A DNA stretch of 64,000 nt, taken from the NCBI RefSeq assembly GCF_021246445.1, contig NZ_JAJQXW010000001.1, forward strand, positions 682,001 to 746,000, in the 5' to 3' direction. Below are positions 37,728 through 45,533 of this stretch, piece after piece (positions within the stretch are counted from its first letter, which is position 1; every line of letters starts with the position of its first letter). The notes under the pieces are model-generated. The model was given only the letters and a program-made list of their open reading frames with translations, made no database searches and was not told the origin of the DNA. Both the position numbers and the translations under genes were made by a program. This DNA comes from Rhabdothermincola salaria. GTDB lineage: Bacteria > Actinomycetota > Acidimicrobiia > Acidimicrobiales > Acidimicrobilacustridaceae.

Positions 37728-37816
37728 TGCTAATCTCCGGCCGACCTGTCGGGTCACCGCGAGCCGCCTCCGTCGGTCGGTTCGAGGGTCCAGGAACGTG
37801 CGAAAGGCAAGGGTCG
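37728..37816 (+). promoter_or_regulatory. Extended -10 promoter and structured 5' leader of paralog B
   Basis: TGcTAATCT; gacc/ggtc and gagccgcc/ggtcggttc hairpins; ccagga..gcgaaaggcaag. Confidence 0.55.
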
Positions 37817-38287
37817 ATGACGACGATGAAGGTTCGCCGCGGAGCGATGGCAGTGCTGGCCGTAGGTACGCTCGGGCTGGGCGCGATCGGGATGATGTCA
37901 CCGGTCTCCGCAGGCGAGACCTGGCCGGGTGAGGTCACCGTCAGTGCGGCGTGCGTCGACGGCGACGGTGTCGTGCTGGTCGACATCTTCGACGACTTCG
38001 GCGCCGGCTACAACGTGTTCCTCTTCCTCGGCGAGCAACTCGATCCCGTCGAGAGCGCCCTCGGGGTCGACGAGGGCGTCACCGATTTCGGCCCGCTGGT
38101 GGACGGCACCTACACCGTGGTCGTCGACTGGATCAACGAGGAGATCCAGGTCTTCGAGGGCGACGTGACCGTCGACTGCGTCCCCGACGACACGACCACC
38201 ACCACGGCCGCTCCGTCCTCCTCCACCACCACTGCGGCACCCGCGGCGGCCGCCGCCGCGGCTGCCACCCCCCGTTTCACCGGCTGA
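37817..38287 (+). CDS. Secreted acidic protein, paralog B, with Thr/Ser/Ala linker and C-terminal TPRFTG
   Basis: 156 aa; signal peptide ending VSA; shares WPGEV, VDIFDDF, FGPL.DGTYTV and GDVTVDCVPDD with paralog A. Confidence 0.88.
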   Translation: MTTMKVRRGAMAVLAVGTLGLGAIGMMSPVSAGETWPGEVTVSAACVDGDGVVLVDIFDDFGAGYNVFLFLGEQLDPVESALGVDEGVTDFGPLVDGTYTVVVDWINEEIQVFEGDVTVDCVPDDTTTTTAAPSSSTTTAAPAAAAAAAATPRFTG

Positions 38288-38397
38288 TCGCGTCGGGCGG
38301 CGGTTCGGATGCCTCTCCGGGCATCCTCGCCTCGGAGCCACCGCCGTCTGACCCGTCGCCGTGGTGCGCGGCGAGAGCGCCGAGACGCTCCGTCTTC

Positions 38398-38447
38398 GTT
38401 CTTGCATGGTTTCGTCGCACTCCACCGCGCCGAAACCATGCAAGAAC
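38398..38447. repeat. Palindromic element copy 3 (hairpin B only)
   Basis: gttcttgcatggtttcg-N16-cgaaaccatgcaagaac, perfect 17-bp arms. Confidence 0.9.
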
Positions 38448-38459
38448 CGCGTGTGTCGG

Positions 38460-39281
38460 TCAGGCGCGCAGGATGGTGCCGCCGTCGACGCAGAGGACCT
38501 GGCCGTTGATCCACTCGGCGTCGTCGGAGAGCAGGAAGGTCACCGCGGAGGCGATGTCGTCGGCCGTGCCGAGACGATGCGAACGCGACGCGCGCCGCAT
38601 GCGACGTTCGTTCTCCTCGCTGAGGCCGGCGAGCATCTCGGGGCCGGGCACCATGCCCGGCGCCACGGCGTTGGCCCGCACCCCGTCGCGACCCCAGCGG
38701 GAGGCGATGTGGCGCACGATGGCCGTCATCCCGGTCTTGGCCGAGGCGTAGGCGACCCTGACCGGCTCGCCGGCGTAGACGGCCCCCGACACCGTGACCA
38801 CGATCGACCCGCCGCCCCGCTCGAGCATCGACGGCAGGGCGTGGCGCGCCGCCAGCAAGAAGCCGGTCATCCCCACGTCCATGGTGCGCTGCCAGGCGTC
38901 GACAGGAAGCGTGAGCAGGTCGTGCTCGGAGTCGGTGCCGATGGCCCGCGCCGACATGTCCATGGCGTTGAAGTGCAGGCCGTCGATGCCCCCGTAGGTG
39001 TCGACTGCCTTGGCCATGAGCGCCGCCACCTGGTCGTCCTCGGCGGCGTCGAAGACGTGGGCCACCGCCTGCCCGCCGGCGGCCTCGATGACGTCCACGG
39101 TGCGCTGGGCGGCGGCACCGTCGATGTCGCCCACCACCACCTTGGCGCCCTCCTCGGCCAACCGGCGACAGGTGGCGCCTCCGATCGACGCCCTGTTGCT
39201 GCTCGCCGTCTCGGTGCCCCCACTGCTGGCACCGATGCCCCCGGCGGCCACCACGATCACGTTGTCCTGGAGTCCTCGCAT
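38460..39281 (-). CDS. SDR family oxidoreductase
   Basis: YASAK (YxxxK), VRANAVAPG and INGQVLCVDGG; glycine loop carries an insertion. Confidence 0.9.
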   Translation of the reverse strand: MRGLQDNVIVVAAGGIGASSGGTETASSNRASIGGATCRRLAEEGAKVVVGDIDGAAAQRTVDVIEAAGGQAVAHVFDAAEDDQVAALMAKAVDTYGGIDGLHFNAMDMSARAIGTDSEHDLLTLPVDAWQRTMDVGMTGFLLAARHALPSMLERGGGSIVVTVSGAVYAGEPVRVAYASAKTGMTAIVRHIASRWGRDGVRANAVAPGMVPGPEMLAGLSEENERRMRRASRSHRLGTADDIASAVTFLLSDDAEWINGQVLCVDGGTILRA

Positions 39282-39336
39282 GGCCGGGCACGGTAGTGCC
39301 CACCCGGACGCCGGGTCGCGACGGAGGGCGGGCTCG

Positions 39337-39762
39337 TCAGCGTCGCTGCAGCTCGAGGACGGGGATGGTGCGGTCGGTGGACTCCTCGTAGCCGCCGAAC
39401 TGCGGCCAGTCCGCCTTCTGGGCCTCCCAGACGCGGTCGCGGTCGGCGCCCTCGAGCTCCACCACGCGCACCGAGACGTCGGGGTCGGACCCGAACTCGA
39501 TGGTGGTCTCGGGGTGGGCCCTGAGGTTGTGGTACCAGTCGGGGTTGTCGGGGGCACCGGCCTTGGAGGCGAACACGTAGAGCTTGTCGCCGTCGACGCG
39601 GGCCATGAGCGGGGTGACGCGCTCGGTGCCGGTCTTGGCTCCCTTGTGGTGCAGCAGCACCATCGGTGCGCCTTCGAAGGCGCCGCCGACCTTGCCGTCG
39701 TTGGCCCGGAACTCGGCGATGACCTGCTCGTTCCAGTCGTTGGGATCGGGGGCGTCGCTCAT
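39337..39762 (-). CDS. Deazaflavin (F420H2)-dependent nitroreductase family (Ddn/FDOR-A)
   Basis: DWNEQVIAEFRANDG, GAKTG, FASKAGAPDNPDWYHNL and YEESTDRTIPV. Confidence 0.93.
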   Translation of the reverse strand: MSDAPDPNDWNEQVIAEFRANDGKVGGAFEGAPMVLLHHKGAKTGTERVTPLMARVDGDKLYVFASKAGAPDNPDWYHNLRAHPETTIEFGSDPDVSVRVVELEGADRDRVWEAQKADWPQFGGYEESTDRTIPVLELQRR

Positions 39763-39837
39763 GGTGACCTCCACGTGGTGTCGCGCACCTGTCGGGGTCA
39801 TGGTGGCGCAACGGCGCCCGCGGCGCTGGGGTGGCGG

Positions 39838-41502
39838 TCAGCTCCCGTCCAGGTCCCGGCGGCGGAAGCCGGTGAGCCCGAGCAGCATCGAGGCGGCGGC
39901 GACGGCCGAGAGGCCGATGGTCGGGGCCCACGCGAACGGCTCGAGGGGCAGTCGGGCGGCATGCTCGAAGGGAGAGAGCTCGACCACGACCGAGGGGAGG
40001 TCGAGGAGGGCGCCGAAGGTCCCGACGACCACCCCGAACACGATCAGCCCCCACACCGCGGGCACCGCACGCGGGAGCCAGCCGAAGCACGCCACCGCCA
40101 GGCCGAGCACCACCAGCACCCCGGGCACCTGGACGAGGTGGGCGACGGTCATCTCACCGACCGACGACCACTCGCCGGTGACGAGCGCAGCTCCGAACCC
40201 GGTGGCCACGCCGGTGGCGACCATGGCCAGCACCACCCCTGCCGCGGTGACCAGCAGGTTCGCGCCCAGCCAGGACCACCGGCTCACCGGCGTCGCCAGG
40301 ACCGGGGTCACCCGCCCGCCGGTCTCCTCGCCCCGCCAGGCGTGCACGGCCGCCACCGCGTACACGGCCGCGAGGTACGCCATGAACACGGCCATGTAGG
40401 CGAGGTAGCCGTCGATCATCTCGTCGCTGCCGAAGACGTCGCGGAAGACCTCGGGCATGTCCCCGGCCGTCTCACCCATGGCATCGGTGAAGGCCCCGAA
40501 GAGCGCTCCGCTCACCGCCAGGGCGGCCGTCCACCCCAGGATCGCTGCTCGTTGGAGCCGGACGGCGAGACCCAGCGAGCCCGTGAGGGCCCGGCTCGCG
40601 GTCGGCGGGCCCGGCCGGCCGGCGAGCAGCCCCGACCCGAGGTCGCGGTGTGCCGACAGGGTGACGCCGGCGATCGTCGTCGCCGCACCGAAGGCGAGGG
40701 GTAGGGCGAGGGGCCACCAGCGGTCGAGGACGAACGGTGCGCTCTGTTGCCCCCACCCGAGCGGCGAGAGCCACGACAGGGTCCCCCCGCCCGCCCGGCC
40801 CATGTCCCCGACGGCGCGCAGCACGAACGACGCCCCGAGTACGATGCCGGCGAGGCCGGAGGCGGTCCGGGCATACCGGGTCACCTGGGCGGTCATCGAG
40901 GCGACCCCGGTGAAGGCCAGTCCGACCGCGGCCACCGATGCCCCGGTGAGCGTGGAGCCCGCGAGACCGAAGCCAGCGGCGGCGACCAGCGTGGCGGCGA
41001 TGGCGAGGCCGGCCACGAGGTTGGCGCCGGCAGTCACGACCAGCGTGGCGGCGAGCGGCGCATGACGACCCACGACCGCGCTGCGGACCAGCTCGTAGCG
41101 CCCGGTCTGCTCCTCGAGGCGGGTGTGGCGGGTCACCGACAGGATGCTCATGATCGCGGCCATCAACATCAGGTAGAGGCCGTAGCCGTTGGCGACCACG
41201 CGCTCGTAGGACACGTCGTCGAAGCCGTAGCCCGGGCCCGTGAGCAGGCGGCCCATGGGGTCGGCGAGGAGCCCCAAAGCGCTCTGCAGATCGGTCTCGG
41301 TGGGATAGGCCACGGGCACGGCGACGCCGACGTAGAGGGCGAAGAGGGCGAAGCCGGCGATCCAGCCCGGGAGCTTCACCCGGTCCTGGCGCAAGGTGGC
41401 CCGGACCATCGCCCAGGTCCCCACCAGGGTGTGGCCCGGTGCCGTCGCCGCCGGCCCCGGACGCGCCGCGGTGGTGCGGGTATCGACATCGGCCACCGTC
41501 AT
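39838..41502 (-). CDS. Large ABC-2 type exporter permease (duplicated membrane domain)
   Basis: RHTRLEEQTGRYELV and EETGGR repeats, LSWLSPLGW, C-terminal FRRRDL; about 12 TM helices. Confidence 0.88.
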   Translation of the reverse strand: MTVADVDTRTTAARPGPAATAPGHTLVGTWAMVRATLRQDRVKLPGWIAGFALFALYVGVAVPVAYPTETDLQSALGLLADPMGRLLTGPGYGFDDVSYERVVANGYGLYLMLMAAIMSILSVTRHTRLEEQTGRYELVRSAVVGRHAPLAATLVVTAGANLVAGLAIAATLVAAAGFGLAGSTLTGASVAAVGLAFTGVASMTAQVTRYARTASGLAGIVLGASFVLRAVGDMGRAGGGTLSWLSPLGWGQQSAPFVLDRWWPLALPLAFGAATTIAGVTLSAHRDLGSGLLAGRPGPPTASRALTGSLGLAVRLQRAAILGWTAALAVSGALFGAFTDAMGETAGDMPEVFRDVFGSDEMIDGYLAYMAVFMAYLAAVYAVAAVHAWRGEETGGRVTPVLATPVSRWSWLGANLLVTAAGVVLAMVATGVATGFGAALVTGEWSSVGEMTVAHLVQVPGVLVVLGLAVACFGWLPRAVPAVWGLIVFGVVVGTFGALLDLPSVVVELSPFEHAARLPLEPFAWAPTIGLSAVAAASMLLGLTGFRRRDLDGS

Positions 41503-41621
41503 CGTGACCGCCGTGGGTCGCAGGGCACCATGGCGCGAGCATGTCGCCCTCGGTTGGCGGGCGCCACGGTCGGAGGTCCCGGCCGGAGGTGCCGGACGCG
41601 TCGCGGTGAGGAGCTGGAGGC

Positions 41622-41858
41622 GTGGACCAGGGTGTGCGGCGCCGTCGGGTGCGCGAGGACGTCGAGCGGGTGTGCCGGGCGGGGCTCGGCGTGACCACGT
41701 TCGCCGAACGCCTTCAGCACACCGTGGCCCGAGCGGTGCCCCACGACGCGGCGGGCGTGGTCACGCTCGACCCGGCGACCGGGTTGCTGACCGGCACCTA
41801 CGAGTTCGCTGGCGTCGTGGACCCCTCCGGCTGGTTCTCCGCCCCCTCGGCGTCCTGA
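41622..41858 (+). pseudogene. 5' fragment of a GAF-like/LuxR-type transcriptional regulator
   Basis: 78 aa with AVPHDAAGVVTLDPATGLLTG; RBS GGAGG; stops before any HTH. Confidence 0.55.
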
Positions 41859-41915
41859 GCAGCACGTCACGGGTGGCGTCGCCGCCCGGCACGCGCCGCG
41901 GCGCAGCTGGTGACC

Positions 41916-43463
41916 TCAGCGTCCGCCGTGGTGGCCGCCGGCAGCGTCGGGCTCGAAGGCCGGGATGATGAGGTTGTCGGGGTCGGCCACCGGGATGGCG
42001 TGGGGTCGGCCGGCGGTGTGGCGGGGGAGCAGGGGGTAGAGCACGAACTGGACCACGCACAGCCCGGCGGTCAGCCACATGGTGGCGCCCAGGCCGTCGA
42101 GGTAGGAGGCCTCGGTGTCGACGTCGCCGACCACCCCGAAGAAGACGATCCCGTAGACCGCGATGCCGACGGCACTGGCCAACTGCAACACGGTGGACTG
42201 CACCCCCGACGCGCTGCCGGCGCTCACCTCGGGCACGTCGGCGAGGGTGATGGCGACGGTGGCGGAGATCGAGATGCCCAGGGCGAAGCCCAACAGCACC
42301 AGCCCCGGGACCAGGTGGAACGGTTCGAGGACGTCCGAGCCGAAGCTGAGGGTGACGAGCACCACCACGGCGGCCACCGCCGTGAGCACCGCCCCGACGG
42401 CGATGGTGGTGCGGCCCATGGTGCGCAGGAGGGGAGCGGCGGCCAGGGAGCCGAACATGTTGGCGAAGGGGATGGGGGCGGTGAGGGCGGCGGCCTCGAG
42501 GGCGCTGCGATCGAAGCCGTACTGGATGGTGAGGGTCACGAACACGACCACGGCGAACGACAGCAGCCCGGTCACCACGCCGATGACGTTGCCCACCCGG
42601 AAGCTGCGCAGACCGAACAGCGCCGGGTCGACCAACGGTTCGGCCCCCCGGCGCACGAGCCGTCGCTCGACGGCGACGAAGGCGGCCAGCGCCGGCAGCG
42701 CGGCGACGAGCAGGCCGAGGAGCCAGAGCGGCCACCCGGCCGACTGGCCCTGGATGAGGGGGAACAGCACCAGGAGGCTGGCGACCGCCAGCACGACGGA
42801 TCCGACGACGTCGACCCGACCGCCGACGCGGACGGGGTCCGGCGGCAGCAACCGGCTGGCCAACGGCCAGGTGACGAACCCGAGGGGCAGGAAGGCGAGG
42901 AACGCCCACCGCCAGCCCCAGCCCAGGACGTCGCTGCTGATCAGGGCGCCGGAGACCAGTTGGCCGACCATGAACGCGCTGGCGGCCACGGTCATGAACA
43001 CGGCGAAGGCGCGCGTCCTCGTGTCGCCCACGAAGGTGCGCTGGATCACGGCGAGGAGCTGCGGGGAGGCGATGCCCCCGGCGATCCCCTGGACGAGCCG
43101 TGCGAGCAGGACCACCGCGATGTTGGGGGCGACGGCCCCGAGCACGGTGGCGCCGACGAAGAGCCCGAAGCCGATCAACAGCAGGCGCCTGGTGCCGAAG
43201 AGGTCGCCGAGGCGGCCACCGAGCACCAGGACCAGAGCGAACCCGAGCTGGAACAGTGCGGCGAACCACTGGATCTCGCCATCGGAGGCGTCCAGACCCT
43301 CCTGCACGGCCGGCAGGGCGATGCCCGCCGCGCCCATGGCGATGATCAGGGCGAACTGCAAGGCCACGACCACGAGGAAGGCTCGATGGCGCAAGGAGCT
43401 TCCGGTGTCCGTGGGTGCCGGCGGCACGACGATCGGATCGGTTGTCACCGTGGCATCCCCCAT
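41916..43463 (-). CDS. MFS transporter (DHA2-like, about 14 TM)
   Basis: GGRLGDLFGTRR motif A, ARLVQG, GWRWAF and PLVDPALF. Confidence 0.92.
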   Translation of the reverse strand: MGDATVTTDPIVVPPAPTDTGSSLRHRAFLVVVALQFALIIAMGAAGIALPAVQEGLDASDGEIQWFAALFQLGFALVLVLGGRLGDLFGTRRLLLIGFGLFVGATVLGAVAPNIAVVLLARLVQGIAGGIASPQLLAVIQRTFVGDTRTRAFAVFMTVAASAFMVGQLVSGALISSDVLGWGWRWAFLAFLPLGFVTWPLASRLLPPDPVRVGGRVDVVGSVVLAVASLLVLFPLIQGQSAGWPLWLLGLLVAALPALAAFVAVERRLVRRGAEPLVDPALFGLRSFRVGNVIGVVTGLLSFAVVVFVTLTIQYGFDRSALEAAALTAPIPFANMFGSLAAAPLLRTMGRTTIAVGAVLTAVAAVVVLVTLSFGSDVLEPFHLVPGLVLLGFALGISISATVAITLADVPEVSAGSASGVQSTVLQLASAVGIAVYGIVFFGVVGDVDTEASYLDGLGATMWLTAGLCVVQFVLYPLLPRHTAGRPHAIPVADPDNLIIPAFEPDAAGGHHGGR

Positions 43464-43643
43464 GAGCCGCACCCCGCTCCCGGAGCACCGCACTCTCTCT
43501 AGCGCCTCCCCGCGTGCGGCGTCGAACGGAGGAGCCGCGACCCCGGGCGGGAGCCACGCCGCGGGAGGTACCGTCTCGATCCGGAGCGCCGCCCCGCCGG
43601 CGCGACGGACCATGGACCACGAGACGGCGGACGGGTCGGTGAC

Positions 43644-44615
43644 GTGACCGAGACGATGATCAGGACCCGGGGTCTGCGCAAGACCTACGGCGACGTCGTG
43701 GCCCTCGACGGCCTCGACCTCGACGTGCCCAAGGGCACGGTGCTCGGTCTGCTCGGACCGAACGGGGCCGGCAAGACGACGTGCGTCCGGGTCCTCGCCA
43801 CGCTGTTGACGCCCGACGGGGGCACCGCCGAGATGGCGGGGATCGACGTGGTCGCCCATCCCGACGCGGTGCGGGCCCGGCTCGGTCTGTCCGGCCAGTA
43901 CGCCGCCGTCGACGAGTACCTGACCGGCTTCGAGAACCTGGTGATGGTGGGCCGCCTCTACGGCTTCCCGAGGGCCCGGGCCCGGAGCCGGGCCCGCGAG
44001 CTGCTCCAGCGGTTCGCCCTCAGCGACGCCGCCGACCGACCGTCGAAGACCTACTCGGGGGGTATGCGCCGCCGCCTCGACCTGGCCGGCGCCCTGGTGG
44101 CCGAGCCCGACGTTTTGATCCTCGACGAGCCCACCACCGGCCTCGACCCCCGCTCCCGCCTCGAGATGTGGGACGTGATCCGCGAACTGGTCGCCGGTGG
44201 GGCCACGTTGCTGTTGACCACCCAGTACCTCGAGGAGGCTGACCTGCTGGCCGACGAGATCGTGGTGATCGACCACGGCCACGCCATCGCCCGGGGGACG
44301 GCCGACGAGCTCAAGCGCCAGATCGGGGGTGAGCGCGTCGAGCTCGTCGTCCGCGACCAGGCCCGGCTGGCCGAGGCGAGTGCCGTGCTCGCCACCGTCG
44401 GCGACAGCGACGTGCAGACCGACACGGTCACCCGCACGCTCACCGCACCCGCGCCCGACGGCGCCCAGACGTTGATGGAGGTGCTGCGCCGACTCGACGC
44501 CCTCCAGATCGTCCTCGACGACGTCGGGCTGCGCCGACCCAGCCTCGACGACGTGTTCCTGACCCTCACCGGGCACGACACCCAGGACCCGAGCAGCACG
44601 GAGGTCGCCCCGTGA
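43644..44615 (+). CDS. DrrA-family ABC exporter ATP-binding protein
   Basis: GPNGAGKTT, YSGGMRRRLDLA, LDEPTTGLDP, TTQYLEEAD and PSLDDVFLTLTG. Confidence 0.93.
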   Translation: MTETMIRTRGLRKTYGDVVALDGLDLDVPKGTVLGLLGPNGAGKTTCVRVLATLLTPDGGTAEMAGIDVVAHPDAVRARLGLSGQYAAVDEYLTGFENLVMVGRLYGFPRARARSRARELLQRFALSDAADRPSKTYSGGMRRRLDLAGALVAEPDVLILDEPTTGLDPRSRLEMWDVIRELVAGGATLLLTTQYLEEADLLADEIVVIDHGHAIARGTADELKRQIGGERVELVVRDQARLAEASAVLATVGDSDVQTDTVTRTLTAPAPDGAQTLMEVLRRLDALQIVLDDVGLRRPSLDDVFLTLTGHDTQDPSSTEVAP

Positions 44616-45415
44616 GCTCGGCCCGCCGCGTCCTGGTCGACGGGTCGATCATCGCCAACCGCAACCTGATCAAGCTGAAGCGGGTCCCCGAGGTCCTCGT
44701 CTTCGTCCTGATCTCGCCGATCATGTTCGTGCTGCTCTTCGCCTACGTCTTCGGCGGGGCGATCGATCCCGGCGGCGAGGTGAGCTACCGGGAGTTCCTC
44801 ATCGGCGGGATCTTCGCCCAGACCGTCGTGTTCGGGGCCACCTTCACCGGGGCCGGCCTGGCCGAGGACATGCAGAAGGGGATCATCGACCGCTTCCGAT
44901 CGTTGCCGATGTCGCGATCCGCCGTCCTGGTCGGGCGCACCGCGTCGGACATCGCCTACAACCTGCTGTCCATCATCATCATGTCTCTCACCGGCCTCAT
45001 CATCGGCTGGCGCATCCACAACTCCCTGCTCGAAGCCCTGGGGGCGTTCGTGCTGCTCCTGGTGTTCGCCTACGCCTTCAGCTGGATCATGGCCTACGTC
45101 GGCCTCCTCGTCCCCAGCGTCGAGGTCATCAACAACGCCAGCTTCATCGTGATCATGCCGCTGACGTTCATCTCCAACGCCTTCGTCCCCATCGAGACCT
45201 TCCCGACGCCCCTGCAGTACTTCGCCGACTGGAACCCCGTCTCGGCGGTCACCCAGGCCACCCGGGAGCTCTTCGGCAACACCGACCCGTCGGTACCGAT
45301 CTCCGACGCCTGGTCCATGCAGAACCCGGTCGCCTACACCCTGATCTGGGTGGCCATCATCCTGGCGGTCTTCGTGCCGCTCTCGATCCGCCAGTTCCAG
45401 CGCACGTCACGCTGA
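44612..45415 (+). CDS. DrrB-like ABC-2 permease
   Basis: GIIDRFRSLPMSR and WNPVSAV; GTGA overlap. Confidence 0.93.
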   Translation: MSSARRVLVDGSIIANRNLIKLKRVPEVLVFVLISPIMFVLLFAYVFGGAIDPGGEVSYREFLIGGIFAQTVVFGATFTGAGLAEDMQKGIIDRFRSLPMSRSAVLVGRTASDIAYNLLSIIIMSLTGLIIGWRIHNSLLEALGAFVLLLVFAYAFSWIMAYVGLLVPSVEVINNASFIVIMPLTFISNAFVPIETFPTPLQYFADWNPVSAVTQATRELFGNTDPSVPISDAWSMQNPVAYTLIWVAIILAVFVPLSIRQFQRTSR

Positions 45416-45533
45416 GGGCCCTGGCGTCGGCGCCGCCGAGCACCACGATCCGCGTCCCGTCGGGCGCCGCGGGACCGGGCGGCGCGCCGGAGTCCGTGTG
45501 GCGAAGGGCCGGGCCTGGCAACATCGAACACCG

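Noticed and set aside
36559..38447. Palindromes as CRISPR repeats or integron attC sites
   Set aside because: Spacing is about 0.9 kb with whole genes between copies; there are no cas or integrase genes and no RYYYAAC/GTTRRRY core pair (nearby GTTAGGG does not fit).
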